Shown here in pieces: positions 25,978-34,332 of a stretch of 41,149 nucleotides of DNA (positions within the stretch are counted from its first letter, which is position 1; every line of letters begins with the position of its first letter). The translations under genes were made by a program, and so were the position numbers. The notes beneath the pieces were generated by a model. It was not told the origin of the DNA. It was given only the letters and a program-made list of their open reading frames with translations, and ran no database searches. This DNA is from Gemmatimonadota bacterium (GTDB taxonomy: Bacteria > Gemmatimonadota > Gemmatimonadetes > Gemmatimonadales > GWC2-71-9), in contig JACPAP010000024.1 of assembly GCA_016180765.1 (NCBI GenBank), positions 1 through 41,149 on the forward strand. Reading direction: 5' to 3'.

Positions 25978-27132
25978 TCACGGTGTGATGAGGTGGCCGT
26001 CTTTCACCCAGACCTCGGTCCCCACGGTTACCGTGGCGTCGGCGAAGAAGTTCCAGCGGACGTACCCGCCCCTCACCGTGCCGCCCAGTTCCGTGTTATC
26101 GCCCAGGGACAGCCGGACCACGCCCGCGCCGTAGCCATAATAAGGAATCCACGGCGGATCGTCGCCGGGCACGGCGAGCAGCGGGTTGAACCCCAGGGCG
26201 AACTCGCGGAAGGCGCGCCCCGGGCCGTCCGCGGGTCCCAACTCGGCGGCGACGGCGTCGCGTCCGGTGGGTGCCTGGAAACCGGTCACGCGGCCACGGT
26301 CGAAGCTCAGGACCAGTCCCTCGACGCGGGTGCCGCCCCACCAACTGGGCGGGAAGACGATGGTACCGCGGACACTCCGCTCCAGGGGTGCCACCCGAAT
26401 GGCTCCGGCCGGCAGCTCGACCTCCCGATCCACCAGGTTGCGTGCTTGGGCGGCGCGGGCCGCGGACGCGTCACCATCCATGCGCGTCACCGGCCGGTTG
26501 CGGATCTCGAACCTGAGGTCGGTGCCGGCGGGCGTGGTGACGCGCACCACCTGGCCCCGCATCGCCTGCTCGAAGCGACGCTGGACCTCCGCCAGCCATT
26601 GGTAGTCGGTTTCCACGATCGCCCGCTGGTACACCTGGCTGATGCGGTCCGTAAGCCGCAGCGGACGGCCTTCGAGATCGTAGGCCCCGGCCCAATGGAA
26701 GTGGATGGTCCGGCCCCGGCCGGTCCGCAGCACGTCCTGCATGGCGGCGTAGGCGGTGTCCGAGGTGCTCGCGCCGGGCATCATCACCGCGAGGCCCACG
26801 CCCCCCAGGTACTCGGCCAGCTCGGCGCGCGAGGCGCCGCGCGAGCCCCGGGTGAAGGGGGTGTGCCAGTCCCCCGGCTCACCGGGGCCGGTGGCATAGA
26901 CACCCATGTCCTGACCGCCGGCGCGTTGGGTTTCCTGACGGATGAAGGCGGTGAGCGTATCAAACACACCCGGCCGGCCCACGAAGAGGACCTTCTCGCC
27001 CGGCTTCAAGGCCATGCGCGCCACGACGGCGCGGGCGATGGCGGCCCGATCCAGTCCGCTGGTTTGGGCGGTCAGGTTCCCGGCCAGGTGGAGGGCTGCC
27101 ACGAGGGCGACGAGCAACGCGGCGCGCGGCAT
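25978..27132 (-). CDS. M29 (aminopeptidase T / NicX-like) fold protein, signal peptide
   Basis: Collinear with M29 members (VRVTTPAGTDLRFEI...AGAIRVAPLERSVRGTIVF...FREFALGFNP). I could not confirm the metal ligands by eye. N-terminal signal ALVAALHLAGNLTAQ. Confidence 0.5.
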   Translation of the reverse strand: MPRAALLVALVAALHLAGNLTAQTSGLDRAAIARAVVARMALKPGEKVLFVGRPGVFDTLTAFIRQETQRAGGQDMGVYATGPGEPGDWHTPFTRGSRGASRAELAEYLGGVGLAVMMPGASTSDTAYAAMQDVLRTGRGRTIHFHWAGAYDLEGRPLRLTDRISQVYQRAIVETDYQWLAEVQRRFEQAMRGQVVRVTTPAGTDLRFEIRNRPVTRMDGDASAARAAQARNLVDREVELPAGAIRVAPLERSVRGTIVFPPSWWGGTRVEGLVLSFDRGRVTGFQAPTGRDAVAAELGPADGPGRAFREFALGFNPLLAVPGDDPPWIPYYGYGAGVVRLSLGDNTELGGTVRGGYVRWNFFADATVTVGTEVWVKDGHLITP

Positions 27133-27268
27133 GACTAAGGCTACGGCGGGGGGCGGGCGGGGGCAAACTTGGCGCGGGCAGATCCACCGTCGGTAGTCGT
27201 GCGGATCCCGCTAACCACGTGTTGTCCTAATGTCGAAGGCAGCCCTGATTCGTGGACCGACGCCGGCC

Positions 27269-28144
27269 CTAGTCCGTCCGGAACACGGCCCGGTCAATCG
27301 CCGTCAGGTCTTCCGGCGCCAGCGGCAGATCGGCCGCCGCGATCGCGTCTCGTGCGTGCTCCGGCGTCCGACTTCCCGGTATCGGGATCACGGTGGCGCC
27401 CTGGGCTAGCACCCACGCCAACGTTACCGCGTGGGTCGAGGCGCCGAGCCGTTCGGCGATGGGTCGGAGCACGGGGTGGCCCGGGAGCTTGCGGTTGAGG
27501 CGTCCTCCGCCCACCGGGCTGTACGCCAGAAAGCCGATCCTTTGCTCGGCACAGTGGGCGACCACACCGTCACGAAGGGCTTCGCGAAAGAATGGGCTCA
27601 GGCGATTCTGGACCGTGGTGATCGGCACCAGCCGGCTCGCGTCCTCGATCTCCGGAACCGACACGTTGGACAGCCCCACCCAGCGGACTTTTCCCTGCGT
27701 CCTGAGCTGGGCCAGCGCGCCCACGCTTTCGAGGAAGGAGACCCGCGAATCGGGCGCGTGAAATTGATAGAGGTCAATCCGCTCCACGCCCAGCGCCCGG
27801 AGTGAGCGATCGCAAGCCCGGCGCAGGTGGTCGGGGTGCCCGTGTCGCTCCCAGCGGCCGCCGGGTCGAGTGAGACCGCCCTTGGTCGCCACGATGAGGT
27901 GGTCCCGGGGCCCCGGCCAGGACCCGAGCGCCTTGGCGATCAGTCGTTCGTTGTGCCCCAGGTCGTTGTCATCCAGACAATAGACGTCCGCTGTATCGAT
28001 GAGCGTGGCGCCGGCGTCCAGCGCGGCGTGAATGGTCCGGATGGCTTGTTCCTCCGAAGGCCGGCCGGAAATGGAGAGCGGCATGCCACCGAAGCCGATG
28101 CTCGAGACCGCAGGGGCGTCGGGCCCCAGGGGACGGGTGCGCAC
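27269..28144 (-). CDS. Aldo/keto reductase
   Basis: GFGGMPLS...IDTADVY...NERLIAKAL is a typical AKR N-terminus. 291 aa. Confidence 0.9.
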   Translation of the reverse strand: MRTRPLGPDAPAVSSIGFGGMPLSISGRPSEEQAIRTIHAALDAGATLIDTADVYCLDDNDLGHNERLIAKALGSWPGPRDHLIVATKGGLTRPGGRWERHGHPDHLRRACDRSLRALGVERIDLYQFHAPDSRVSFLESVGALAQLRTQGKVRWVGLSNVSVPEIEDASRLVPITTVQNRLSPFFREALRDGVVAHCAEQRIGFLAYSPVGGGRLNRKLPGHPVLRPIAERLGASTHAVTLAWVLAQGATVIPIPGSRTPEHARDAIAAADLPLAPEDLTAIDRAVFRTD

Positions 28145-28316
28145 AGGAGCAAACGTAGCCCCGCGTCCTCACCGCCGCGCCGCCGTTCCCCCGGGCGCCT
28201 GGGCCCTTAGTCTCTTCGTGATTCGGTATCCGCTCCCGCGCCGTCGCCGAGCCAGCTGACGTATCTTTCGGGAACCGAATCCAGTCGCATCCCTCATCGC
28301 AACGGAGCGTTGCCTC

Positions 28317-28430
28317 ATGGACAATCCGGTGAACCCTTACCTGCTCCCGGGCCTGTTGTTCCTGGTGGTGTTCGCGGCGGCGGTCATTGCGGCGCACCGC
28401 TGGGACACGCGCCGGAAGCGCGATCACTAG
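28317..28430 (+). CDS. Small (37 aa) single-TM protein, not in the ORF track
   Basis: ATG preceded by GGAG 8 nt upstream. Translation: MDNPVNPYLLPGLLFLVVFAAAVIAAHRWDTRRKRDH. GC3-biased codons. Confidence 0.4.
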   Translation: MDNPVNPYLLPGLLFLVVFAAAVIAAHRWDTRRKRDH

Positions 28431-28506
28431 TGCCGTTCCGACTTGTTGGGGCTAATGTCCGCACCGGGCGAACCCTTGGGCGAAACATGTTGGAACGGCA
28501 CTAGCC

Positions 28507-29040
28507 ATGGCCAGTCGCGGCGCGCTCCTGCTCACGTTGATCGCCTTCCTGAACGGGGCAGGCGTCGCCCAAACCGATTCGGCGCGCACGGCCAGCGGTC
28601 TCTGGTATGCCCAGCGAGGACAGGGGGCCGCGCTGCTGTTGGTCCACGGTTCCAACCTGGACAGCAGGTCATTTGATTGGATCGCGCCTCCGCTCGCCGA
28701 GGGACGGCGGGTCGTGGTCATGGACCTCCGGCTCCACGGCCGGTCCACCGATCCCGGCGGACCCGTCTCGTGGGAGCGGGACCTCCTGGAGGTGTTCGAC
28801 GCTCTGGGCCTTGTGCGCGCGAGTCCTCCGGCGACCGAGCGACTCGACCGCCTCTCCGCACCATTGCTGGTGGTGGTGGGTGACTCGGACCTCACCTACG
28901 CGCCGAAGGTCGCAGACCCTCTGGTTCAGGAGGTCCGCGGTGCTCGGCGGGTCACGCTCCAACGTTGCGGTCACCTCGCGCCCGTGGATTGCCCCGAGCA
29001 GGTGGTCCGGGCGGTGGAGGCGTTCCTGGGGCGCGAGTGA
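28507..29040 (+). CDS. Alpha/beta-hydrolase-fold protein lacking the nucleophile-elbow segment
   Basis: The HG oxyanion region (LLLVHGSN), DLRLHGRS, the Asp region (LLVVVGDSD) and the His region (RCGHLAP) are present. No GxSxG is found, and the protein is only 177 aa. Confidence 0.65.
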   Translation: MASRGALLLTLIAFLNGAGVAQTDSARTASGLWYAQRGQGAALLLVHGSNLDSRSFDWIAPPLAEGRRVVVMDLRLHGRSTDPGGPVSWERDLLEVFDALGLVRASPPATERLDRLSAPLLVVVGDSDLTYAPKVADPLVQEVRGARRVTLQRCGHLAPVDCPEQVVRAVEAFLGRE

Positions 29041-29541
29041 TCAGGACGCGGGCTTCGAGAACGGGAACATCACGGGGGCGGCGACGCCGAGGTAGTCCGG
29101 CATCGCCAGGATGATGGAGTCGGTGAGCGAGCCGGCATTGAAGGCGATGCGCTCGTTGGCGAGCATCGCCTCGTCCGCATAGAGATCCAGATCCAGCACG
29201 GGGCGGCCAAACGGCGGGACCGAGCCCGGCACCAGCCCGGTTAGCTGGCGCAGCTCATCCGGCGTGGCGAACCGCGAGCGCCGCGCGTTCAGCTGCCGGC
29301 GCACCGCGGCCGAGTCCACCGAGCGGGCGGCCGACAAGACGAAGAGATGAAAGGCCTCGTCCACTTTCATGACGATGGCCTTCCCGCCGATCTCCACGCT
29401 TTCCCCCCGCGCGGCCGCCGACTGCTCCGACGTGTAGGTGGGTTCGTGGTGGAGCTCACGGAAGCGGATGTCGCGCGCCGCCAGCAGATCGCGGATCGCC
29501 TGCAACGTTCGCCGCTGTGCGTCCGGAACCGGCTGGCTCAT
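29041..29541 (-). CDS. YbaK/EbsC-type aminoacyl-tRNA deacylase domain protein
   Basis: GGKAIVMKV...LFVLSA...VPGSVPPFG matches the YbaK domain pattern. The start is trimmed to the ATG at 29541, which sits behind a promoter-like site. Confidence 0.8.
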   Translation of the reverse strand: MSQPVPDAQRRTLQAIRDLLAARDIRFRELHHEPTYTSEQSAAARGESVEIGGKAIVMKVDEAFHLFVLSAARSVDSAAVRRQLNARRSRFATPDELRQLTGLVPGSVPPFGRPVLDLDLYADEAMLANERIAFNAGSLTDSIILAMPDYLGVAAPVMFPFSKPAS

Positions 29542-29548
29542 GTCGCCA

Positions 29549-29577
29549 AGGTTACGCGGGCGCAAGGGGGCAGTCAA
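29549..29577 (-). promoter_or_regulatory. Sigma-70-like promoter placed for a leaderless ybaK-like mRNA
   Basis: The reverse strand reads TTGACT-N17-TAACCT-N7-ATG. Confidence 0.4.
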
Positions 29578-29848
29578 AGCCGAAGAAAAGCCGCTCTTGA
29601 TGGCTTCGGGGGCCGGTCCTATATTCGCGTCGGCATGCGGATCTGACGGAACAGCGTACTGAGCCAACATAGCTCGATGACGCGTCCGCGGCTGCGGCCG
29701 ATGTCAGGCCCCCGCTGGGGGAAGGCAAGAGCCTCGGTAAGGGCGCGGTGCCTTTCGATCGGGCTTCAGTGACCTCCTTCAGGTTCGGTACATGCCCCCG
29801 CCGGTGCACGCTCGCGTGTGCCGGCGGTCTTCGTTCCGGCGCCGTCGC

Positions 29849-29877
29849 TTGACGCTGCTCCGGGGCGCAGCTACCCT
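29849..29877 (+). promoter_or_regulatory. Sigma-70-like promoter placed for a leaderless folE mRNA
   Basis: TTGACG-N17-TACCCT-N6-ATG (ATG at 29884). Confidence 0.35.
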
Positions 29878-29883
29878 GCACCC

Positions 29884-30531
29884 ATGGCGAAACCATCGCA
29901 CAAACGAGAGCCGCAGGACCCGCTCGACCTCTCGACCCGTCGCCTCCACCGGGTGGACCCACGGGCAACGTCCCTGGCGCCGCTGGTGCGGCAGATGCTC
30001 GAGGTCCTGGGCGAGAACGCGGAGCGCCAGGGACTGCGCGACACGCCGGGGCGGGTGGACGAGTCGCTCAAATGGCTCACCAGAGGGTATACCACGTGCG
30101 TGGAGGACGTGGTCGCCGGCGCCGTGTTCGAGGAACGGCACGAGAGCATGGTGCTGGTGCGGGATATCGAGATCTATTCGCTGTGCGAGCACCACCTGCT
30201 GCCGTTCTTCGGCAAAGCCCACGTGGCGTACCTGCCCAATGGCAAGATCATCGGGCTGTCCAAGATTCCGCGGATCGTGGACGTGTTCGCGCGCCGGCTC
30301 CAGGTGCAGGAGCGCATGACGGACGACATCGCGGATGCGCTCATGCGGGTGCTCGATCCGCTCGGGGTGGGCGTCGTGATCGAAGCCTACCACCTCTGCA
30401 TGATGATGCGCGGCGTCGAGAAGCAGAACTCCAAGACCGTGACCAGTGCGTTGCGGGGCGCGTTTCGGGACGATCATAAGACACGGGACGAGTTTCTGCG
30501 CCTGGCGCATGGCGGGCGCTGGCTGGAATAG
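29884..30531 (+). CDS. folE: GTP cyclohydrolase I
   Basis: [34 protein letters not shown] and [15 protein letters not shown] are FolE signatures. An alternative ATG at 29818 is less likely. Confidence 0.9.
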   Translation: MAKPSHKREPQDPLDLSTRRLHRVDPRATSLAPLVRQMLEVLGENAERQGLRDTPGRVDESLKWLTRGYTTCVEDVVAGAVFEERHESMVLVRDIEIYSLCEHHLLPFFGKAHVAYLPNGKIIGLSKIPRIVDVFARRLQVQERMTDDIADALMRVLDPLGVGVVIEAYHLCMMMRGVEKQNSKTVTSALRGAFRDDHKTRDEFLRLAHGGRWLE

Positions 30532-31173
30532 TTGTTCATCGAGCTCTCCGAATTCCTGCGTTGCCCGGAACCGCACGAGGAGAGTTTCTGCGTCGTGGCG
30601 CCCGACGAGATGGCGGGACGGATGATCGTGCGCGGCATCGTCGGCTGTCCCGTCTGCCGGCGGGAGTACCCGATCACGCAGGGGGTAGTGCACTTTGGAA
30701 AGACGGCAGCGACGGCAGAGACGGCAGCGACGGCAGGGGCCGGCGCCGGCGCCGGGGGCGCCGCAGACGCCGATCCGGATGTCATCTGGTCACTCCTCGG
30801 TCTGGCCAGCCCAGGCGGGATTGTCGTGCTCGGCGGCTCTGCCGCGCGACTGGCGGGCGCGCTCGCCGAGCGAATGGGCGGCGTGCACTTGGTGGGCGTG
30901 AACGCCACTGCGGGCGTCGAGATGTCGCCCGTGCTCACGCTTCTCCGCCACCCCAGCCGCATTCCGCTGCGTCAGAACATGGCGCGGGGTGTGGTGCTCG
31001 GCGGCGAGGCCGCCAGGGAACCGTGGATCAGCGAGGGCGCGCGGGTCCTGCTCCCCGGCCTCCGTTTGGTCGCGGCCGCGGAAACGGTATCAGCGCCGGG
31101 TCTCGATCAGCTCGCGGTGGGGCGCGGAATGTGGGTGGGCCAGAAGACGGGGAACGTGAAACGGGAAACGTGA
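30532..31173 (+). CDS. Trm112-like zinc-ribbon protein fused to a Rossmann-like domain through a low-complexity linker
   Basis: TTG start immediately after the folE stop. LRCPEPHE...CPVCRREYPITQGVVHF resembles Trm112/UPF0434. The C-terminal part GGIVVLGGSAARLAGAL is methyltransferase-like. Confidence 0.55.
   Translation: MFIELSEFLRCPEPHEESFCVVAPDEMAGRMIVRGIVGCPVCRREYPITQGVVHFGKTAATAETAATAGAGAGAGGAADADPDVIWSLLGLASPGGIVVLGGSAARLAGALAERMGGVHLVGVNATAGVEMSPVLTLLRHPSRIPLRQNMARGVVLGGEAAREPWISEGARVLLPGLRLVAAAETVSAPGLDQLAVGRGMWVGQKTGNVKRET
30702..30737 (+). repeat. In-frame 9-bp tandem repeat (4 copies of gacggcagn) followed by gccggc hexamer repeats
   Basis: gacggcagc gacggcaga gacggcagc gacggcagg, then gccggcgccggcgccggg. 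Together they encode the TAATAETAATAGAGAGAGG linker. Confidence 0.8.
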
Positions 31174-31176
31174 AGC
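31149..31176 (+). repeat. Heptamer block (ggggaac gtgaaac gggaaac gtgaagc) forming the last codons and stop of the Trm112-like gene
   Basis: Read directly from the sequence. It encodes TGNVKRET followed by TGA (31171-31173). Confidence 0.8.
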
Positions 31177-31209
31177 GTCCTAGGGGCTTAATGACAACGT
31201 TGCTCCGCG

Positions 31210-33003
31210 TTACTCCGCGTAGGCGGCGTCGATCAGGGCTTGGTACTTCTTCTCCACCACCGCGCGTTTGACTTTCAACGTCGGGGTCAGCTCGCCGCGC
31301 TCGATGGTGAAATCGTCCTTGATGACCACGATCTTCTTCGGCATCTCGAAGCTTGCCAGGTCGCGGAGATTGATCATCGCCTCGCGTTCGATCTTGGCCG
31401 TCACGTCGGGCTGCTCCAGGAACCGGTCCAGGTCGTCGGTGGGAAGCCCGCGCTGAGCCGCCCAGGCAACCAGCGCCTCGACGGCGGGGACCACCAGCAG
31501 CACCGGGAACTTCCGCTGGTCGCCGATCAGCACCGCGTTCTTGAGGAACGGGGTGTTGCGCACCAGGTTCTCGATCGGCTGGGGCGCGATCTTCTTGCCC
31601 CCCGCCGTGACGATGATGTCCTTCTTCCGGTCGGTGATTCTGAGGAAACCGTCGGCGTCCAGGTCGCCGATGTCGCCGGTGTGGAACCAGCCCTGGGCGT
31701 CGATCGCCTCGGCCGTGGCCTGCGGCTTGTGGTAGTACCCCTGCATGACGTTGGGGCCCCGCACCAGGATCTCTCCGTCTTCCGCGATCCGCACCTCGAC
31801 GTTCGGCACCGGACGGCCCACGGTGCCAATCTTGAGGGCCTTGAGGGCGTTGACCGACACCAGCGGTGACGTTTCGGTGAGTCCGTAGCCTTCGAGGACG
31901 GGCAGGCCGGCGGCATAGAAGAACTTGGCGATCTCGGGCGCCAGCGGCGCGGCCCCCGACACGAAGAAGCGGATCCGCCCCCCGGTCCGCGCCCGCAGCT
32001 TCCGGAACACCAGCCGGTCCACCATCCTCCGCCGTACCCGAAGGCCGAGCGGGACGGCGTGGCCAGCGAGCTTGAGGTCGGCATACCCGGCGCCGATCCG
32101 CCGGGCCCAGAAGAAGACCCGCCGCGACACCGCGCCGCCCGCCATCGCCACCTCGGTGACCCGGGCGTAGATCTTCTCGTACACCCGGGGTACCAGCAGC
32201 ACGACGGTGGGCCGCACCTCGAGCAGGTCCTGGGCGATGGTGTTGAGACTCTCGGCGTAGTTGATCGTGGCGCCGCCGTGGAGCATCGTGTAGTGGCCCG
32301 CCATGCGCTCGAAGCTGTGCGCCAGCGGTAGGGCAGAAAGGCACGAGTCGGTGGGCCCGATGCGTACCACCTGCAGCGCCGCGACCACGTTGGCGCAGAA
32401 ATTGGCGTGCGTGAGCATGACGCCCTTGGGCTCGCCCGTGGTGCCGGAGGTGTAGATCAACGTGGCCAGGTCGTCCGGGGCGGTGGCCAGCGCATCCTGC
32501 CGGTACCTGGGGTACTTGGCTTCGGCCGCGGCTCCGTGGCGCAGGAGCTGCTGGAAGGGAATGACGTCGTCGCCCTGGCGCGGCGGCCCGAACATGAATA
32601 CGGTCTTGAGCTGGGGCAGGGAGCCGCGCACGCTTTGCACCTGCTCGTATTGCTCGCGATCACCCACGAAGATCGCGGTGGCCCCGGAGTCCCGGATGAG
32701 GTATGCGATCTGTGGGCCCGGCAGGGCGGGGTAGATGGCCACGTCGGCGCACCGCGCGGTCAAACAGGCGTAATCGGCGATCGCCCACTCCGGGCGGTTG
32801 TGCGAGTAGATCGCGACGCGATCGCCGGGCCGGATACCGAACTCGTGGAGCCCCAGCGCCGCATGGTACACTCGGCGGGCCAGCTCCTGGTGCGAGATGT
32901 CCCGCCACCCGCCATCCACCTTGTACCGCAACGCCGCCCGTTTGGTGCTGAACCGCTCGACGGCGTCGAAGAACAGGTGGTTGAGGGTGGGGGGAGCAGT
33001 CAC
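31210..33003 (-). CDS. fadD: Long-chain fatty-acid--CoA ligase (AMP-dependent synthetase)
   Basis: AMP-binding motif IYTSGTTGEPKGV, plus TGDIG and ITDRKKD. 597 aa, GTG start. Confidence 0.9.
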   Translation of the reverse strand: MTAPPTLNHLFFDAVERFSTKRAALRYKVDGGWRDISHQELARRVYHAALGLHEFGIRPGDRVAIYSHNRPEWAIADYACLTARCADVAIYPALPGPQIAYLIRDSGATAIFVGDREQYEQVQSVRGSLPQLKTVFMFGPPRQGDDVIPFQQLLRHGAAAEAKYPRYRQDALATAPDDLATLIYTSGTTGEPKGVMLTHANFCANVVAALQVVRIGPTDSCLSALPLAHSFERMAGHYTMLHGGATINYAESLNTIAQDLLEVRPTVVLLVPRVYEKIYARVTEVAMAGGAVSRRVFFWARRIGAGYADLKLAGHAVPLGLRVRRRMVDRLVFRKLRARTGGRIRFFVSGAAPLAPEIAKFFYAAGLPVLEGYGLTETSPLVSVNALKALKIGTVGRPVPNVEVRIAEDGEILVRGPNVMQGYYHKPQATAEAIDAQGWFHTGDIGDLDADGFLRITDRKKDIIVTAGGKKIAPQPIENLVRNTPFLKNAVLIGDQRKFPVLLVVPAVEALVAWAAQRGLPTDDLDRFLEQPDVTAKIEREAMINLRDLASFEMPKKIVVIKDDFTIERGELTPTLKVKRAVVEKKYQALIDAAYAE

Positions 33004-33344
33004 GGGGCGGGGGCCACCACGGTGATGGTGACGGGATCCGAGCGGATGTCTTCGACCCGTGCTTGCACGCGCCAGTCACCCGGTGCCTGCCCAATGACGG
33101 TGCCGGTCGCCGTGTCGAGCGCGATGCCGACGGTGCCGGTGTCGAGCACGGCCCACACGATCGCGGCGCCGATCACGGTGTCGCCATCGGCGGCTCGGGC
33201 TCGGGCCTTGAGGTGCAGCGTGTCGTCAACCGGAACGGTGTACCGGGTCGAACCGACGATCTCGAGCGCGATGATGCGGTCCGGATCGCCCGCGAGCAGC
33301 GTGCACCCGGTCGCCAGCAGGGTCACGGCGGCCGCCCGCCTCAC
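33000..33344 (-). CDS. Lipoprotein with bacterial Ig-like (Big_2-type) domain
   Basis: Lipobox LLATGC. The beta-rich domain resembles Big_2. GTG at 33344 gives a GTGA overlap with the TPR gene stop. A longer start at 33398 is possible. Confidence 0.55.
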   Translation of the reverse strand: MRRAAAVTLLATGCTLLAGDPDRIIALEIVGSTRYTVPVDDTLHLKARARAADGDTVIGAAIVWAVLDTGTVGIALDTATGTVIGQAPGDWRVQARVEDIRSDPVTITVVAPAP

Positions 33345-33775
33345 GAGACGCCGGCTTCTCCCAGCTCGGTCAGCGACTGGTGGGCGTGCGCGATCCACTT
33401 CTGGGCGTCGGGACCACGAGGCGGCCGGGCCAGGAACGCCCGGAGGTGCCGCGCCGCTTGGTCCCGCTCCCCGCGCTTGATCAGCAGGAAGGCCAGGCCG
33501 TAGTGGGCCCCGGCGAGGGTCCCGTCGATCTCCAGCGCGCGGCGGTAGGTGCGGATGGCGTCGTCGTGGCGGTTGGTTTTGGTAAAGGCGATCGCCATGT
33601 TCTGGAGGACCTTGAGGTCGCTGGGGCGGTCCCGCAACGCCAGCCGGTACGAGGTGAGCGCCGCGTCGTAATCGCCTTGCCGTTCCAGTGCCAGGGCTTC
33701 GTTGAGGTAATCCAGCCGCTGCGGCTTCAACTCGCGGGAGCGATCGCGGCCGAAGAGGCGTTTCCAGAACCCCAT
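33341..33775 (-). CDS. Tetratricopeptide-repeat protein
   Basis: Three TPR-like units (ALALERQGDYDAALTSYRLAL, AIAFTKTNRHDDAIRTYRRALEI, GLAFLLIKRGERDQAARHLRAFL). The start is trimmed to the ATG at 33775. Confidence 0.75.
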   Translation of the reverse strand: MGFWKRLFGRDRSRELKPQRLDYLNEALALERQGDYDAALTSYRLALRDRPSDLKVLQNMAIAFTKTNRHDDAIRTYRRALEIDGTLAGAHYGLAFLLIKRGERDQAARHLRAFLARPPRGPDAQKWIAHAHQSLTELGEAGVS

Positions 33776-33829
33776 ACGGAGCGTCAAGATACCGCTCGCC
33801 TTAGCCCCAAGCAACGCGGCGGAGGCCGG

Positions 33830-33858
33830 TTGTCACCGTCTCGCCGCGGTGCTAGGTT
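33830..33858 (+). promoter_or_regulatory. Sigma-70-like promoter close to the PRTase start
   Basis: TTGTCA-N17-TAGGTT-N9-ATG (ATG at 33868). Confidence 0.3.
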
Positions 33859-33867
33859 GAGCTTCTC

Positions 33868-34326
33868 ATGCGTCCCAAAGCCCCTCCACCACCCGCCCGC
33901 GACCCGGAGATCGTGCTGGGGATCGCCAAGGCCGGCGTGATCCCGGGAGCCGTGGTCGCCTCTATCCTCCAGCGTGACTTCGCGTCCATGGCGGTCACCC
34001 GCTTCGGCGAAAGTTCTCGCCCCACGCTGGTGACCGCGCCACCGCCACTCATCCGGGGCCGCCGGGTGCTGGTGGTAGACGAAACCTGTGATTCCGGCGA
34101 GACGCTGAAGCTGGCGCTCTCCGCGGTGCGCAAGGTCGGACCGGCGGACGTCCGCACCGCGGTCTCCTTCAAGACCGGCCCGTACGAGCCGGACTTCTAC
34201 GCCCTGGCGAGCGAGAGCTTCATCATCCTCCCGTGGGATCGGGAGATCATCGTGGACGGGGAATTCGTGATGCGGCCGGAGTACGCGGTCCGGCTCGGGG
34301 AGCTCGCGCCGCGGCAGATGGACTGA
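33868..34326 (+). CDS. Phosphoribosyltransferase (purine PRT-like)
   Basis: PRPP-binding motif VLVVDETCDSGETL. An in-frame TAG 15 nt upstream fixes the start. Confidence 0.8.
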   Translation: MRPKAPPPPARDPEIVLGIAKAGVIPGAVVASILQRDFASMAVTRFGESSRPTLVTAPPPLIRGRRVLVVDETCDSGETLKLALSAVRKVGPADVRTAVSFKTGPYEPDFYALASESFIILPWDREIIVDGEFVMRPEYAVRLGELAPRQMD

Positions 34327-34332
34327 AAGGCC

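Noticed and set aside
25993-27138. 381-aa plus-strand ORF (similar cases: 31028-32344 minus, 37834-38976 minus, 14780-15829 minus)
   Set aside because: These are shadow ORFs opposite or out of frame to well-supported genes (M29-like, fadD, pepP, dppA).
29578-29848. THF-type (folE motif) riboswitch or tRNA in the long ybaK-folE spacer
   Set aside because: I could identify no conserved riboswitch core. aggttcggtac is not flanked by a T-stem. The best promoter candidate makes folE leaderless.
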